Under the pieces are notes generated by a model. It was not told the DNA's origin and did not search any database. It saw only the letters and a list, made by a program, of their open reading frames with translations. Below are positions 1 through 10,015 of a stretch of DNA of 64,000 nt, in pieces. Where the stretch lies: contig DUEN01000021.1 in NCBI GenBank assembly GCA_011176545.1, positions 8,662-72,661 of the forward strand, given 5' to 3'. The position numbers and the translations under genes are program-made. Each line of letters opens with the position of its first letter. Within the stretch, counting starts at the first letter, position 1. The stretch comes from Caldilineae bacterium. Lineage in GTDB: Bacteria; Chloroflexota; Anaerolineae; DUEN01.

Positions 1-522
1 GAAGGCCTTCTTGCCGGCGTCCGCCGCGCTGGGCTTAAAGAACCAGAACCCGATGAGCAGATAGGATACCAGGCCGACGCCCTCCCAGCCGATGAACATC
101 TGCACGAAATCATTGGCCATCACCAGCGTAAGCATCATGAGTACAAACAGGTTCAGGTAGACGAAGTAGCGGACGTACCGCTCGTCCTCCCACATGTACC
201 CGATGGAATACACGTGGATGAGGAAGCCCACACCGGTGACCACCAGGGCCATGAACACGGAGAGCGGGTCGATGAGGAGCCCGATATCCGTCTGAAAGTC
301 ACCGATGGCGATCCAGCGCCAGAGCACGCGCTCGATCGTGCGCTCCTCCGCGGGGAGCTGGTTGAGGGCGACGAAGAGCCCCAGGGCGACCAGGAAAGAG
401 AGCAACACCATCCCTGAGGCCACCCCGCCGGTGACGTTCTTCCCCCAACGACGCCCAAAGGCCAGATTGAGGACGATCCCTAGCACGGGAAAGGCCAATA
501 AAAGCCAGGCGTATTCCATCAT
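1..522 (-). CDS. nuoL: NADH-quinone oxidoreductase subunit L (5' part; runs off the window edge)
   Basis: Read by hand, as it is not in the ORF track. ATG at 522 gives MMEYAWLLLAFPVLG...IDPLSVFMALVVTGVGFLIHVYSIGYM...FIGWEGVGLVSYLLIGFWF...AGKKAF, the typical NuoL motifs. Follows nuoK. Confidence 0.95.
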   Translation of the reverse strand, partial: MMEYAWLLLAFPVLGIVLNLAFGRRWGKNVTGGVASGMVLLSFLVALGLFVALNQLPAEERTIERVLWRWIAIGDFQTDIGLLIDPLSVFMALVVTGVGFLIHVYSIGYMWEDERYVRYFVYLNLFVLMMLTLVMANDFVQMFIGWEGVGLVSYLLIGFWFFKPSAADAGKKAF

Positions 523-559
523 AGTCCCTTACGCTTCCTCACTATCTCTCCAATCTCCC

Positions 560-607
560 AATCTCCAATCTCTAATCTCTGAGGCTAGAGATTGGAGATT
601 GGAGATT
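560..607. repeat. Inverted heptamer tandem repeat (AATCTCY)x3 - GAGGCT - (RGAGATT)x3
   Basis: AATCTCC AATCTCT AATCTCT gaggct AGAGATT GGAGATT GGAGATT, overlapping the nuoK stop. Related runs occur at ~17027-17047 and ~61724-61781. Confidence 0.8.
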
Positions 608-908
608 ACCAACGTAACAGGTGAATACGATCCACGTTCGTTGTATCGCGATGCCGGATAATCCCCATGACGATGGCCAGGCCGATGGCGACCTCCGCGG
701 CGGCCACGGCCATGATTAAGAAGACGAACACTTGCCCGTCCAGCGAGCCCCACTGCCGCGACAGGGCGACGAAGGTCAGGTTCACGGCGTTCATCATCAT
801 CTCGATGCACATAAAGATGATCAGGGCGTTCCGCCGGACGAGGACACCCAGAGCGCCGATGGTGAAGATGATGCCCGCCAGGATCAGATAGTAGGACGTG
901 GGGATCAC
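606..908 (-). CDS. nuoK: NADH-quinone oxidoreductase subunit K
   Basis: 100 aa, 3 TM; RRNALIIFMCIEMMMNAVNL and AVAAAEVAIGLA motifs. Confidence 0.96.
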   Translation of the reverse strand: MIPTSYYLILAGIIFTIGALGVLVRRNALIIFMCIEMMMNAVNLTFVALSRQWGSLDGQVFVFLIMAVAAAEVAIGLAIVMGIIRHRDTTNVDRIHLLRW

Positions 909-912
909 TTCC

Positions 913-1431
913 TCACTCCTTCGGTCGGCCTAGTGGCGGCCTCGTGCGGCCAGCCAGCACGATGGCGCCGATCATCGCGGCCAGAAGCAGTACAGAGGCC
1001 AGCTCGAACGGCAACAGGAAGCGGGTATACAGCAGATGTCCCACCGCCTGAATGCTCCCATATTCTGGAGCCCCCGCAGGCGACGCCTGTCCTCCCATCA
1101 CCAGGGCGTATGTGCCGCCTCCTAGGAAGAGCAAGGCCAGGATCAGCGCCACGATGCGTAACATCGTACGCTCGCGAGCGACCACGTCGTCCACCCTCTC
1201 GTTGCCAATCAACATGACGACGAAGATGAAGAGCACGACGATGGCCCCCGCGTACACCAGGATCTGCGCCATGGCCAAAAATTGGGCGCCCAACAACAGG
1301 TAGAGCATAGCCATGGAGGCGAAATTGAGGAGCAGGAACAGGGCGCTATGCACCGCATTTCGGCTGAGCACCACACCTACCCCGCCTCCCAAAGCGGCCA
1401 GGCTGAAGAGCGCGAACAAGACCCATTCCAT
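913..1431 (-). CDS. nuoJ: NADH-quinone oxidoreductase subunit J
   Basis: NAVHSAL...QILVYAGAIVVLFIFVVML and PFELASVLLLAAMIGAIVL motifs. Confidence 0.95.
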   Translation of the reverse strand: MEWVLFALFSLAALGGGVGVVLSRNAVHSALFLLLNFASMAMLYLLLGAQFLAMAQILVYAGAIVVLFIFVVMLIGNERVDDVVARERTMLRIVALILALLFLGGGTYALVMGGQASPAGAPEYGSIQAVGHLLYTRFLLPFELASVLLLAAMIGAIVLAGRTRPPLGRPKE

Positions 1432-1435
1432 CGGC

Positions 1436-1909
1436 TCACTCCTCCGGCCGGATGATCACGTTAGGTTCCGGCGGATTGAGCAAATCCTCCTTCGTGAGGA
1501 TGAAGTCCCTGCGCTCGTAGTTCGCCAGGGCATACTCGTGTCCCAGGACGATCGCCTCCACCGGGCAGGCCTCCTCGCAATCGCCGCAGAAGATGCAACG
1601 CAGCAGGTTGATCTCATACACCCTGGCGTATCGGTCGCCAGGCGATACGGGGTTCTCCGGATCGTCCTCCGCCGCTTCCACGTAGATCGCCCCCGTCGGG
1701 CACGCGGCCTCGCACAACTGGCAGCCGATGCACCGCTCCTGCCCGTTATCATACCGGCGCAGATAGTGCCGTCCCCGGAAGCGGGGATACACCATGATCG
1801 GCTGATCCGGCGACTCGACCGTGATGGGCTTCGTAGCCAGATGCTTTAGCGTCACGCCCATCGCCTTCGCTATCTCGCGCGTCCCCTCGACGAACTCCCT
1901 GATCGACAT
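1436..1909 (-). CDS. nuoI: NADH-quinone oxidoreductase subunit I
   Basis: RFRGRH plus two ferredoxin motifs, [12 protein letters not shown] and [12 protein letters not shown]. Confidence 0.96.
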   Translation of the reverse strand: MSIREFVEGTREIAKAMGVTLKHLATKPITVESPDQPIMVYPRFRGRHYLRRYDNGQERCIGCQLCEAACPTGAIYVEAAEDDPENPVSPGDRYARVYEINLLRCIFCGDCEEACPVEAIVLGHEYALANYERRDFILTKEDLLNPPEPNVIIRPEE

Positions 1910-1925
1910 CAGCCCCTCACTCCCT

Positions 1926-1960
1926 ACGTTTTACGCATTACGTTTTACGCATCACGTTTT
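1926..1960. repeat. Heptamer tandem repeat ACGTTTT/ACGCATY x5
   Basis: ACGTTTT ACGCATT ACGTTTT ACGCATC ACGTTTT in the nuoH-nuoI spacer, abutting the nuoH stop. Confidence 0.8.
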
Positions 1961-2963
1961 ATCCCAACACCACCACCAACACCGACGTAACCGCCAGATA
2001 CATCAACGACATCGGCAACAGATACCGCCAGCCGAAGCTCATCAGCTGATCATAGCGAACCCGAGGGATGCTGGCCCGGACCCAGACGAACAGGAACAGG
2101 ATGGCCACGATCTTGATACCCAAATACACTGGAGCCAGGATCGGGAGCTGATCCACGAACGGGCCGCGCCACCCACCGAAGAACAGCGTCGCCGCGATAG
2201 CGCTGGAGGTGATCATGTGCAGGTACTCGGATAGATAGAAGAGAGCGAACTTGATCCCTCCATACTCGGTCTGATACCCCGCGATCAGCTCGTTCTCGGT
2301 CTCGGGCAGATCGAAGGGGGACCGGTTGGTCTCGGCCAGCACGCAGATGAAGTAGAAGGGAAATCCCAACCACAGCCAGATCCACGCCCACAACGGCCTA
2401 GGGCCGTGGACGATCTCCACGAGGCTAAGGGTGCCCGTGATGATCAGCAGGCTGGCCACCATGACCCCCATGGGAAGCTCATAGGAGATCATCTGAGCGC
2501 TGGTGCGCAAGGCCCCCAACAGGGAGTAGTTGTTGTTGCTGGCCCAGCCGGCCAACATGATCCCATATGTGCCCACGGAGGCGATGGCCGCCACATAGAG
2601 CAGGGCTACGTTCACATCCCCCATATGCAGGGGGATCGTGCGGCCGAACAGGTGGAGGTCAGGCCCGATGGGGACCACAGCGAAGATGGCGAAGGCCGGC
2701 ACCATGGCCAGGATCGGCGCCAGCAGGTAGACTGGCTTATCCACGTGCCCGGGGATGATCTCCTCCTTGAGCATCAGCTTACCGGCATCCGCCAGGGGCT
2801 GCAGGATCCCGTACTTGCCCGCCCGGTTGGGACCGTACCGGATCTGGAATCGCGCCACCAGCTTACGCTCGAACAGGGTCAGATAGGCCGTGGCGCCCAG
2901 CAACACCAGCAAGATGATGATTCCCTTAACAGCAGGTATGACGATAAGCCCTATCCAATCCAT
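1959..2963 (-). CDS. nuoH: NADH-quinone oxidoreductase subunit H
   Basis: ERKLVARFQIRYGPNRAG, AQMISYE, ETNRSPFDLPETENEL and PRVRYDQLM motifs. Confidence 0.97.
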   Translation of the reverse strand: MDWIGLIVIPAVKGIIILLVLLGATAYLTLFERKLVARFQIRYGPNRAGKYGILQPLADAGKLMLKEEIIPGHVDKPVYLLAPILAMVPAFAIFAVVPIGPDLHLFGRTIPLHMGDVNVALLYVAAIASVGTYGIMLAGWASNNNYSLLGALRTSAQMISYELPMGVMVASLLIITGTLSLVEIVHGPRPLWAWIWLWLGFPFYFICVLAETNRSPFDLPETENELIAGYQTEYGGIKFALFYLSEYLHMITSSAIAATLFFGGWRGPFVDQLPILAPVYLGIKIVAILFLFVWVRASIPRVRYDQLMSFGWRYLLPMSLMYLAVTSVLVVVLG

Positions 2964-3362
2964 AAAGCGACTCCACGATCCTTCAAGGCCTGACGGTAAT
3001 TAGACGTCGCTTTCTTCACGTAAGATCTCTTTAAGATCTCTTCCAGTTGCAAAGCCACCTTGGGCAACTCGTCCACAGCAATTTGCCACACAATATCCAA
3101 ATTGACACCGAAGTAATGGTGAATCAGCCGATCTCGAACTCCCGTCATACCCTTCCATAGGTACGTTCGGATGCCTTTCTCGTAACTCCTTCGTCAGATT
3201 CTTGGTCGCTTCGCCGATGATCTCTAGGTTACGAATGACAGCATCCTGCGTCTTTGTGTCCTCCAAGAAATTTTGATAAGTCATCCCCGCGATATACTCC
3301 TCTATGCGGCGGATGGCTTCTTGGATATCGCTCAGAAGGTCTCTATCCGCCCGCTTAGACAT
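2951..3362 (-). pseudogene. HEPN (DUF86/HepT-like) RNase toxin with a +1 frameshift
   Basis: MSKRADRDLLSDIQEAI...DAVIRNLEIIGEA...HPNVP is in one frame and (W)KGMTGVRDRLIHHYFGVNLDIVW (RxxxxH motif) in the next. One extra base at ~3158-3159. Confidence 0.88.
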
Positions 3363-3658
3363 ATATGACGCTCTCCGCAATCTCCTGAGTAATATGAGAT
3401 ACCCTGATCGTTCGGAGACCATCAGGAGTCAATACATCCACCTTTTTGCCCAACAAGCGTTCAAGATACTCTACAAGCTCGATGAACCTGAACCCGACAG
3501 GATGTTCAAACTCCACAATGATGTCTACATCACTGGTCTCCTCAGGTTGACCTTTAGCGTTAGGAACCAAAAATCCCTACCCTCTTAACGCCATATTCGG
3601 CGGCAAGGAAAGGATAATGCTCATGGAGCAATTCGATGATCTGTTCTCTCGTGGACAT
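3355..3658 (-). pseudogene. MNT minimal nucleotidyltransferase antitoxin with a +1 frameshift
   Basis: ATG at 3658 gives MSTREQII...YGVKRVGIFGS followed by TAA (3560-3562). Removing one A restores GSYAKGQPEETSDVD (GSx10DxD motif), which continues in ORF 3355..3570 (...LERLLGKKVDV). Confidence 0.88.
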
Positions 3659-3667
3659 ACCAGGCCC

Positions 3668-6283
3668 TCAACCTCCCTTCTGGATGCTCACGGATATCCC
3701 CGGTCCGGCCGGGCCCATGAGCCTCTCCGCCGGGGCTCCAGGCAGGCTATACGCCAGAGCCACCACGCCAGGCCGCACCGTTACATCGGCCCGAGCCGAA
3801 AGGACCACCTGCCCATAGGGGGAGGCAATCCGCACCTGATCTCCATCCCTCACGCCGAGCCGAGCCATATCGTCTGGATTCAACCGGGCCACCGGCTCAG
3901 CCAGCAAACGCCGGAACTGCGGCGTGGTGCGTATCAAGATCCCGTGATCATATAATAGCCTATCTACCGCCAGCCGGAAAGGAAACTCCGAATCCGAGGC
4001 CCCGCGCGGCGGCGCCACCTCGCGGAATCGTGTGGTCGCGCCCAGGCCCTCGACGCTCCATTGCACCCCCTGATCGCCCAGGGCCTCCCAATCCAGCCCG
4101 CGATATTGCGGCACGGCACGGGCGATCTCGCGCAACACATCCTGCGGACGCTCATACGTCCATCGTTCCTGGGGCGATCGACGGGCTCGTTTACCCTTCC
4201 GGCGCTTGCCGCGCTGCGTCTCGCCAGCCTCGCGCACCGGCCAACGGCGAGCCAGCTCCGTCAGGATCTCCCAATCGGGGCGCGCCTCCGCATAGGGCCG
4301 GAACGCGCGTGGCGCCCTCTGCACCCGGCGCTCCATGTTGGTGAAGGTGCCATCCGTCTCCGCATATGTCGTCGCCGGCAACACCACATCCGCCAGCCGC
4401 GCCGTCTCCGTCGGGAACACATCCTGGACCACTAGGAAGTCCAGCTTCTCCAGCGCGGCGGCCGCCCAATCCCCCTCCGACGCCGGATCGGCCCCCATCA
4501 CGTACAACGCCTTCAGAGAGCCATCCGCGGCAGCCTGCAACATCTGCGTATACGTCAGGCCAGGCTCCTCTGGCACCTCGCTGCCCCACAGACGCCGCAG
4601 CCGCTCACGCGCGTCGGCGTCCGTCACAGGAGCATGCCCGGGCAGGTAATCCGGCAACACACCCATATCGCGGGCGCCCTGGCTGTTGGCATCAGGACCC
4701 AAATAGGCCACGCGATCACGCCCGAGTAGAAGCTCCAGGTTAGCCAGCGCGGCCGCGCCGGCCTCCGCCTCCCGGCCACGCACCACATCCGGGCCGTATA
4801 GCACCAGAGGCCGCTCGGCCTCCGCAAGCCGCGCGGCCGCCTCTCGCAGCGCCTCCGGTTCCACCCCGCTCAGGGCAGCGACGGCCTCCGGCGAGAACGC
4901 CTCCAAACCAGCCAGAAGATCCCGGCCCCCGGCCATGCGCTGGATCTGCCTCTGGAACCGATCGTATTGAACCAGGAGCGCCATAAGGCCATTCAGCACC
5001 ACGGCCTCCGTGCCCGGCAGCGCGGGCAGGTGTACCCCATAGGCGGCGTCCTCCGTCCGCCGGGGGTGGACCACCACCACACGGGCACCATCGCGCGTCA
5101 CTGCCCGCTTGAAGAACAAGGCCAGGACGGGATGTTCCTCCGCCAGATGGATGCCCACCAGCAGGAACAGGTCTGCCCGCTGAACCTCCTCGATGGAGGA
5201 GAGCCCGCGCGGATCCGCCTGCACGTCGCCGCCGAATCGATGGTCGATGTTGTTGGTATCCACCATCAGGCGGAAGAACTTCTGCAGCAAATAATTGGCC
5301 TCGTTGCTGGCCTTGGATGAGCCGACGGCACCTACCGCCTCCGGTCGCTCCTGAGCCCAGTAAGCCAGGCGCTCGACCACGCGCCGCAACGCCTCATCCC
5401 AGGTCGCCGGCCGCAACTCGCCGTTCTCGCGAATCATAGGCTGACGTAGGCGATCCTGATGGTGGAAGAACCCTTGGGCGAATCGCCCCTTATCGCAGAT
5501 CCACTGATCATTGACGGCCGGATTCTCCCGGGCGACGATGCGGCGCACCTCGTTGGTGCGAACGTCGATACGCAGGTTACACCCTTGAGAGCAGTGGAGG
5601 CACACGCTGGGCACATAGGTTAGCCGCCAGGGACGGAATCGGAAGCGCGCCACGCGATTCGTGAGCGCGCCGACGGGGCAAATGTCGATGATGTTGCCGC
5701 TGGTCTTGGCCGTCACCTGATGATCAGGATGGGTATCGATGACCGTCTCGCCACCCCGGTGATAGAGCCCAAGCTGCGGCTTGTCCTCCCACTCCTCCAG
5801 GTATCGGATGCAACGCCAACAGACGACACAACGCTCCTGGTCCAGAAGGATCAAGTCGGAAATGGGATGATGTTTGTCTTTGTGGAGCTTCTCCTCGATG
5901 AAGTGGCTCACCCCTGGCCCATGCTCCATCGCCTGGTCCTGGAGGATGCACTCGCCGCCCTTGTCACAGATGGGACAGTCCAGCGGGTGATTGATGAGGA
6001 TGAACTCCAGCGTGGCCTCGCGAGCCTCCCGAGCGCGGGGGCTGTTGTAGTGCACGATCAGCCCATCCGTGACCGGGGTGGTGCAGGCCGTCGTCAATTG
6101 CACCCCGCGCGGGGTCTCGATCTCCACCAGGCACATACGGCAGGCGCCGATAGGCTCCAGCTTCGGATGGTCACAGAACGTAGGGATCTCGATGCCTGCC
6201 GCCCTGGCCGCGTGGGTCAGGGGAATACCTTTCTCGGCCTTGATCTCTTTACCGTCGATCGTGATCGTTACATACTCGGCCAT
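3668..6283 (-). CDS. nuoG: NADH-quinone oxidoreductase subunit G (long form with molybdopterin-oxidoreductase fold)
   Basis: Fe-S motifs CDHPKL..GACRMC, HPLDCPICDKGGEC, CVVCWRC..CPVGAL and CLHCSQGC..CDKGRF; position in the operon. Confidence 0.93.
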   Translation of the reverse strand: MAEYVTITIDGKEIKAEKGIPLTHAARAAGIEIPTFCDHPKLEPIGACRMCLVEIETPRGVQLTTACTTPVTDGLIVHYNSPRAREAREATLEFILINHPLDCPICDKGGECILQDQAMEHGPGVSHFIEEKLHKDKHHPISDLILLDQERCVVCWRCIRYLEEWEDKPQLGLYHRGGETVIDTHPDHQVTAKTSGNIIDICPVGALTNRVARFRFRPWRLTYVPSVCLHCSQGCNLRIDVRTNEVRRIVARENPAVNDQWICDKGRFAQGFFHHQDRLRQPMIRENGELRPATWDEALRRVVERLAYWAQERPEAVGAVGSSKASNEANYLLQKFFRLMVDTNNIDHRFGGDVQADPRGLSSIEEVQRADLFLLVGIHLAEEHPVLALFFKRAVTRDGARVVVVHPRRTEDAAYGVHLPALPGTEAVVLNGLMALLVQYDRFQRQIQRMAGGRDLLAGLEAFSPEAVAALSGVEPEALREAAARLAEAERPLVLYGPDVVRGREAEAGAAALANLELLLGRDRVAYLGPDANSQGARDMGVLPDYLPGHAPVTDADARERLRRLWGSEVPEEPGLTYTQMLQAAADGSLKALYVMGADPASEGDWAAAALEKLDFLVVQDVFPTETARLADVVLPATTYAETDGTFTNMERRVQRAPRAFRPYAEARPDWEILTELARRWPVREAGETQRGKRRKGKRARRSPQERWTYERPQDVLREIARAVPQYRGLDWEALGDQGVQWSVEGLGATTRFREVAPPRGASDSEFPFRLAVDRLLYDHGILIRTTPQFRRLLAEPVARLNPDDMARLGVRDGDQVRIASPYGQVVLSARADVTVRPGVVALAYSLPGAPAERLMGPAGPGISVSIQKGG

Positions 6284-6307
6284 GGATGCATCCCTTGTCC
6301 GCTCGAC

Positions 6308-8182
6308 TCAGGCACGCTCGTGGGCCGGCATGCCGACGTCCGGCCGATACATGGGGCGCACCGGCAACGGCGGGACCTCGCCGGTGGGGTTCGTCTCCTC
6401 GATGTAGTCCTCTAGCTCCGCCCGGAAGCGCCTGATGGCGCTGGTGATGCCCCACACCGCCGCGGGACCGAAGGGGCAAAACGTCTGCTGTTCGATGAAC
6501 TTCGCGATACGCAAGATCTCGTCCAGATCCTCCTTGCGTCCCTTCCCCGAGCGGATGCGCTGCAGGATCTTCTCCAGCCAGCCCGTCCCCTCACGACAGG
6601 GAGCGCACTTGCCGCACGATTCCTCCCGGTAGAAGGCGATGGTGCGCTCCATAACCTCGACCAGCGAGGTGCCCTCACATATGACGATGATGCCGGCCGA
6701 TCCCAGAAGCGACCCAGCCTCCTGGACCGACTCGAAGTCCAGCGGTGTTTCCAGATGCTCCGCGGTCAACAGCGGCATAGAGAGGCCGCCCGGCACGATG
6801 GCCTTCACCGGCCGGTCATCCAGCGTCCCCCCCGCGTACTCGTAGATCAGCTCTCGCAGCGTCACGCCATGGGGCAACTCGTAGACGCCGGGCTTCCGCA
6901 CCTCGCCACTGAGGGCGAACAGGCGAAAGCCAGGGCTTCGTTCCGTGCCGAAGGAACGGTACCATTGCGCCCCGTTCTTCACGATATGAGGCACATTGGC
7001 CAGGGTCTCCACGTTGTTCACGATGGTCGGCTTGCGATAGAGGCCCTCCGACGCGGGGAAGGGCGGCTTCAATCGCGGATGACCCCGATAACCCTCCAGC
7101 GAGGTGAGCAGAGCCGTCTCCTCGCCGCAGATATAGGCACCCGCACCCCGATGGATGACCACATCCAAGCTGAAGTTGGTCCCCAAGATGTTACGGCCCA
7201 GGTAATTGTGCTCATAGGCCTCCTCGATGGCCTGCTGCAACCGGGCGTACGGGAATCCATACTCGCCCCGGATGTATATGAAGGCCTTCTCAGCTTGAAT
7301 CGCATACGCGGTGATGATGATCCCCTCCAACACCTGATGGGGATCGTACTCCATCAGAATCCGGTCCTTGAAGGTGCCTGGTTCGCTCTCGTCGGCGTTG
7401 CAGACCAGGTAGCGAGGGAAGACACCCTGAGGGATGAAGGACCACTTCACCCCGGCGGGGAAGCCCGCTCCGCCGCGGCCCCGCAGCCCAGAAGCCTTTA
7501 CCTCCTCGACCACCTGCTCGGGCGTCATCTCAAAGAGAGCTTTTCGCAGTGCCTGATACCCACCATCTTCCACGTACGTCTCGAGGCGGTGAGAATTCGG
7601 CTTCGTCACCCGGGCCAGCAGCACCTTAGGTTCCATCCCGCCGAAATGCATCGGCCCCATCGGATCCGGCTCCACGGGCAGGGGCCGGTCCGCGTTCGCT
7701 CGCAGCTCCGCCAGGATCTCATCGATGCGCTCCGGGGTTAACGCCTCGTAATAACGGGGAAGCTCTTGGCCTCGCTTGCGCACGCTCATCACCGGGGCCG
7801 TCCCGCATGACCCGAGACACTCCGCGTGATCCAGCGTGAAGAGGCCATCTTCGGTGGTCTCCCCCCATCCCTTCAACCCCAGCCGCTCCATCAGGTGACG
7901 GGCGCATTCCTCCGCCCCGCGGAGTTTACAGGAGACGTTGGTGCATATCTCTATGTGATAAAGCCCTTTGGGCTCCTTGTAATACATATTGTAGAACCCG
8001 ACGAAGGCGTGGACCTCCGCGGGGTCCAGGCCGAACAGCTCGGCTATCTCTTCCTCCACCTCCGGCGGGACCCATCCCAGCTCGCGCTGGACCACATGCA
8101 GCGCCGGCCCTAACGCCGACCGGGGTTGAGGATATCTTTCCATCAGCCTTCGAATCTCATTCTTCGTCGCGTCCGAAAGCAT
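6308..8182 (-). CDS. nuoEF: Fused NADH-quinone oxidoreductase subunits E and F
   Basis: N-terminal NuoE [2Fe-2S] motif CTNVSC..CLGSC, in frame with NuoF motifs GRGGAGF, NADESEPGTFKDR, GAGAYICGEETAL and SCGKCAPCREG. Confidence 0.94.
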   Translation of the reverse strand: MLSDATKNEIRRLMERYPQPRSALGPALHVVQRELGWVPPEVEEEIAELFGLDPAEVHAFVGFYNMYYKEPKGLYHIEICTNVSCKLRGAEECARHLMERLGLKGWGETTEDGLFTLDHAECLGSCGTAPVMSVRKRGQELPRYYEALTPERIDEILAELRANADRPLPVEPDPMGPMHFGGMEPKVLLARVTKPNSHRLETYVEDGGYQALRKALFEMTPEQVVEEVKASGLRGRGGAGFPAGVKWSFIPQGVFPRYLVCNADESEPGTFKDRILMEYDPHQVLEGIIITAYAIQAEKAFIYIRGEYGFPYARLQQAIEEAYEHNYLGRNILGTNFSLDVVIHRGAGAYICGEETALLTSLEGYRGHPRLKPPFPASEGLYRKPTIVNNVETLANVPHIVKNGAQWYRSFGTERSPGFRLFALSGEVRKPGVYELPHGVTLRELIYEYAGGTLDDRPVKAIVPGGLSMPLLTAEHLETPLDFESVQEAGSLLGSAGIIVICEGTSLVEVMERTIAFYREESCGKCAPCREGTGWLEKILQRIRSGKGRKEDLDEILRIAKFIEQQTFCPFGPAAVWGITSAIRRFRAELEDYIEETNPTGEVPPLPVRPMYRPDVGMPAHERA

Positions 8183-8212
8183 CTCATCTACTCCCCGCTT
8201 CGCCTCGCTTTC

Positions 8213-10012
8213 TCACCGGTCTACCTCGCCCAACACGATGTCCACGGAGCCGATGTTGGTCACCAGGTCCGCCACCAGATGGCCACGCGACATGGGATCC
8301 AACGCCTGCAGGTTGACGAAGGACGGTCCCCGCACCCGCACCCGATAGGGATGGGCGCTCCCATCGCTAATGATGAAGATGCCGAACTCACCCTTAGGGT
8401 TCTCTGTGCTCATGTAGACCTGGCCGGGCGGCGGCCTGATCCCCTCCGTGACCAGCTTGAAGTGATGAATGAGGGCCTCCATGCTGGTATCCAGCTCCTC
8501 TCGTGGCGGGAGCGTCACCTTGTGATCAGGCGTCTTATACGGGCCATCGGGGAGGTTATCCAGGGCCTGCTCGATGATGCGCAGGCTCTGACGCATCTCG
8601 TTCACGCGCACCAGGTAGCGCGCGTATGCGTCTCCGTCAGTCGAGGTCGGGATCTCGAAATCGTAGTTCTCATACCCCGAATAGGGACGGACCTTACGCA
8701 GGTCATAGGGGACCCCGGTCGCCCGCAACATGGGGCCGGTCACGCCCAGGGCGATGGCTTGCTCCGCCGTCAATTTGCCGATCCCCTGGGTGCGCTTGCG
8801 CCAGACGGGGTTATCCGTCAACATACGCTCATATTCATCCAGGCGGGCGGGCATCAGCGCCAGGAAGTCCCGCACCCGCGATTCGAAGGCGGGCGGGATA
8901 TCCCGCCACACGCCGCCGATGCGGATGTAGGAGGTGGTCAGCCGGGCGCCGCAGATCATCTCGAACATGTCGAGGATCATCTCCCGCTCCCGGAAGACGT
9001 ACATCAGCAGCGCGTGGATCGTGCCGGATAGATCCATGGCATGGGTGCCCAGCCAAACCAGGTGGGCGGCGATGCGCTGCAACTCGGCGACGATGACGCG
9101 AATAACCTGCGCTCGCGGCGGGACCTCCACCCCCAGCAGCTTCTCCACGGCCAGGACGTAGCCCAAATTATTGTTCATGGCCGCGGTGTAATCCAGGCGG
9201 TCGGTGTAATAGACGAAGTCCTTGTAACGGACGCTCTCCGCCTGCTTCTCGAAACCGGAGTGCAGGTAGCCCACATCAGGCACCACCCGGACGATCCGCT
9301 CCCCCTCCAACTCCACGATCAACCGCAACACGCCATGCGTCGATGGGTGTTGAGGCCCCATGTTCACGATCAGGTATCGCTCCGGGTCCATCCCCTTGGG
9401 AACCTCCTGAGGCGGGAGCTCTGGCTTGAGGATCTGACGACCCAGGCTCTCGAATTCGGGATCGGACCAGTTTACCGTGAAGGGGATGGGCTCCCCCCCG
9501 CGCGGGTAATCCTTGCGCAGCGGATGCCCCTCCCAATCGTAGGGCATCAGAATGCGGCGCAGGTCCGGATGTCCCTGGAAGCGGATGCCCATCAGGTCGT
9601 AGACTTCCCGCTCCAGCCAGTTGGCCGTCGGCCAGATGTCCACGACGGAGGGGACCACCGGGTTGTTCCCCCCGGGAAGCGGAACCTGCAACCTCAGGCG
9701 ACGGTTATAGGGGATCGAGTGGAGTTGATAGACGGCCACGAAACGCGGCGTCTCACCCAGGTCCAGCCGATCGTAAGACGTCACATCGACGCAATGATCG
9801 AAACGCATCTCCGGGTCATCGCGCAGGAACCGGGCCACATCCAGCAGCCGGTCCGCCTGGATCGTCACGACCAAGTCGCCGCGATGCTCCTCGACCGCCA
9901 ACACGGCATCCGGGAAGCGCTCCTGGAGCACGGCGACCACATGCCGCTCCCCTTCGAGATCGGGGGTATATGGCACCGACATCACCGTGTCTCTCATGGC
10001 CTGACGTGCCAC
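8213..10012 (-). CDS. nuoCD: Fused NADH-quinone oxidoreductase subunits C and D
   Basis: Nuo[31 protein letters not shown] followed by Nuo[15 protein letters not shown] and DIVLGEVDR. Confidence 0.95.
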   Translation of the reverse strand: MARQAMRDTVMSVPYTPDLEGERHVVAVLQERFPDAVLAVEEHRGDLVVTIQADRLLDVARFLRDDPEMRFDHCVDVTSYDRLDLGETPRFVAVYQLHSIPYNRRLRLQVPLPGGNNPVVPSVVDIWPTANWLEREVYDLMGIRFQGHPDLRRILMPYDWEGHPLRKDYPRGGEPIPFTVNWSDPEFESLGRQILKPELPPQEVPKGMDPERYLIVNMGPQHPSTHGVLRLIVELEGERIVRVVPDVGYLHSGFEKQAESVRYKDFVYYTDRLDYTAAMNNNLGYVLAVEKLLGVEVPPRAQVIRVIVAELQRIAAHLVWLGTHAMDLSGTIHALLMYVFREREMILDMFEMICGARLTTSYIRIGGVWRDIPPAFESRVRDFLALMPARLDEYERMLTDNPVWRKRTQGIGKLTAEQAIALGVTGPMLRATGVPYDLRKVRPYSGYENYDFEIPTSTDGDAYARYLVRVNEMRQSLRIIEQALDNLPDGPYKTPDHKVTLPPREELDTSMEALIHHFKLVTEGIRPPPGQVYMSTENPKGEFGIFIISDGSAHPYRVRVRGPSFVNLQALDPMSRGHLVADLVTNIGSVDIVLGEVDR

Positions 10013-10015
10013 GGC

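Noticed and set aside
3668-6283. Formate dehydrogenase alpha subunit
   Set aside because: It sits at the nuoG position, and no Cys/Sec-His Mo-ligand motif was seen after the Fe-S region.
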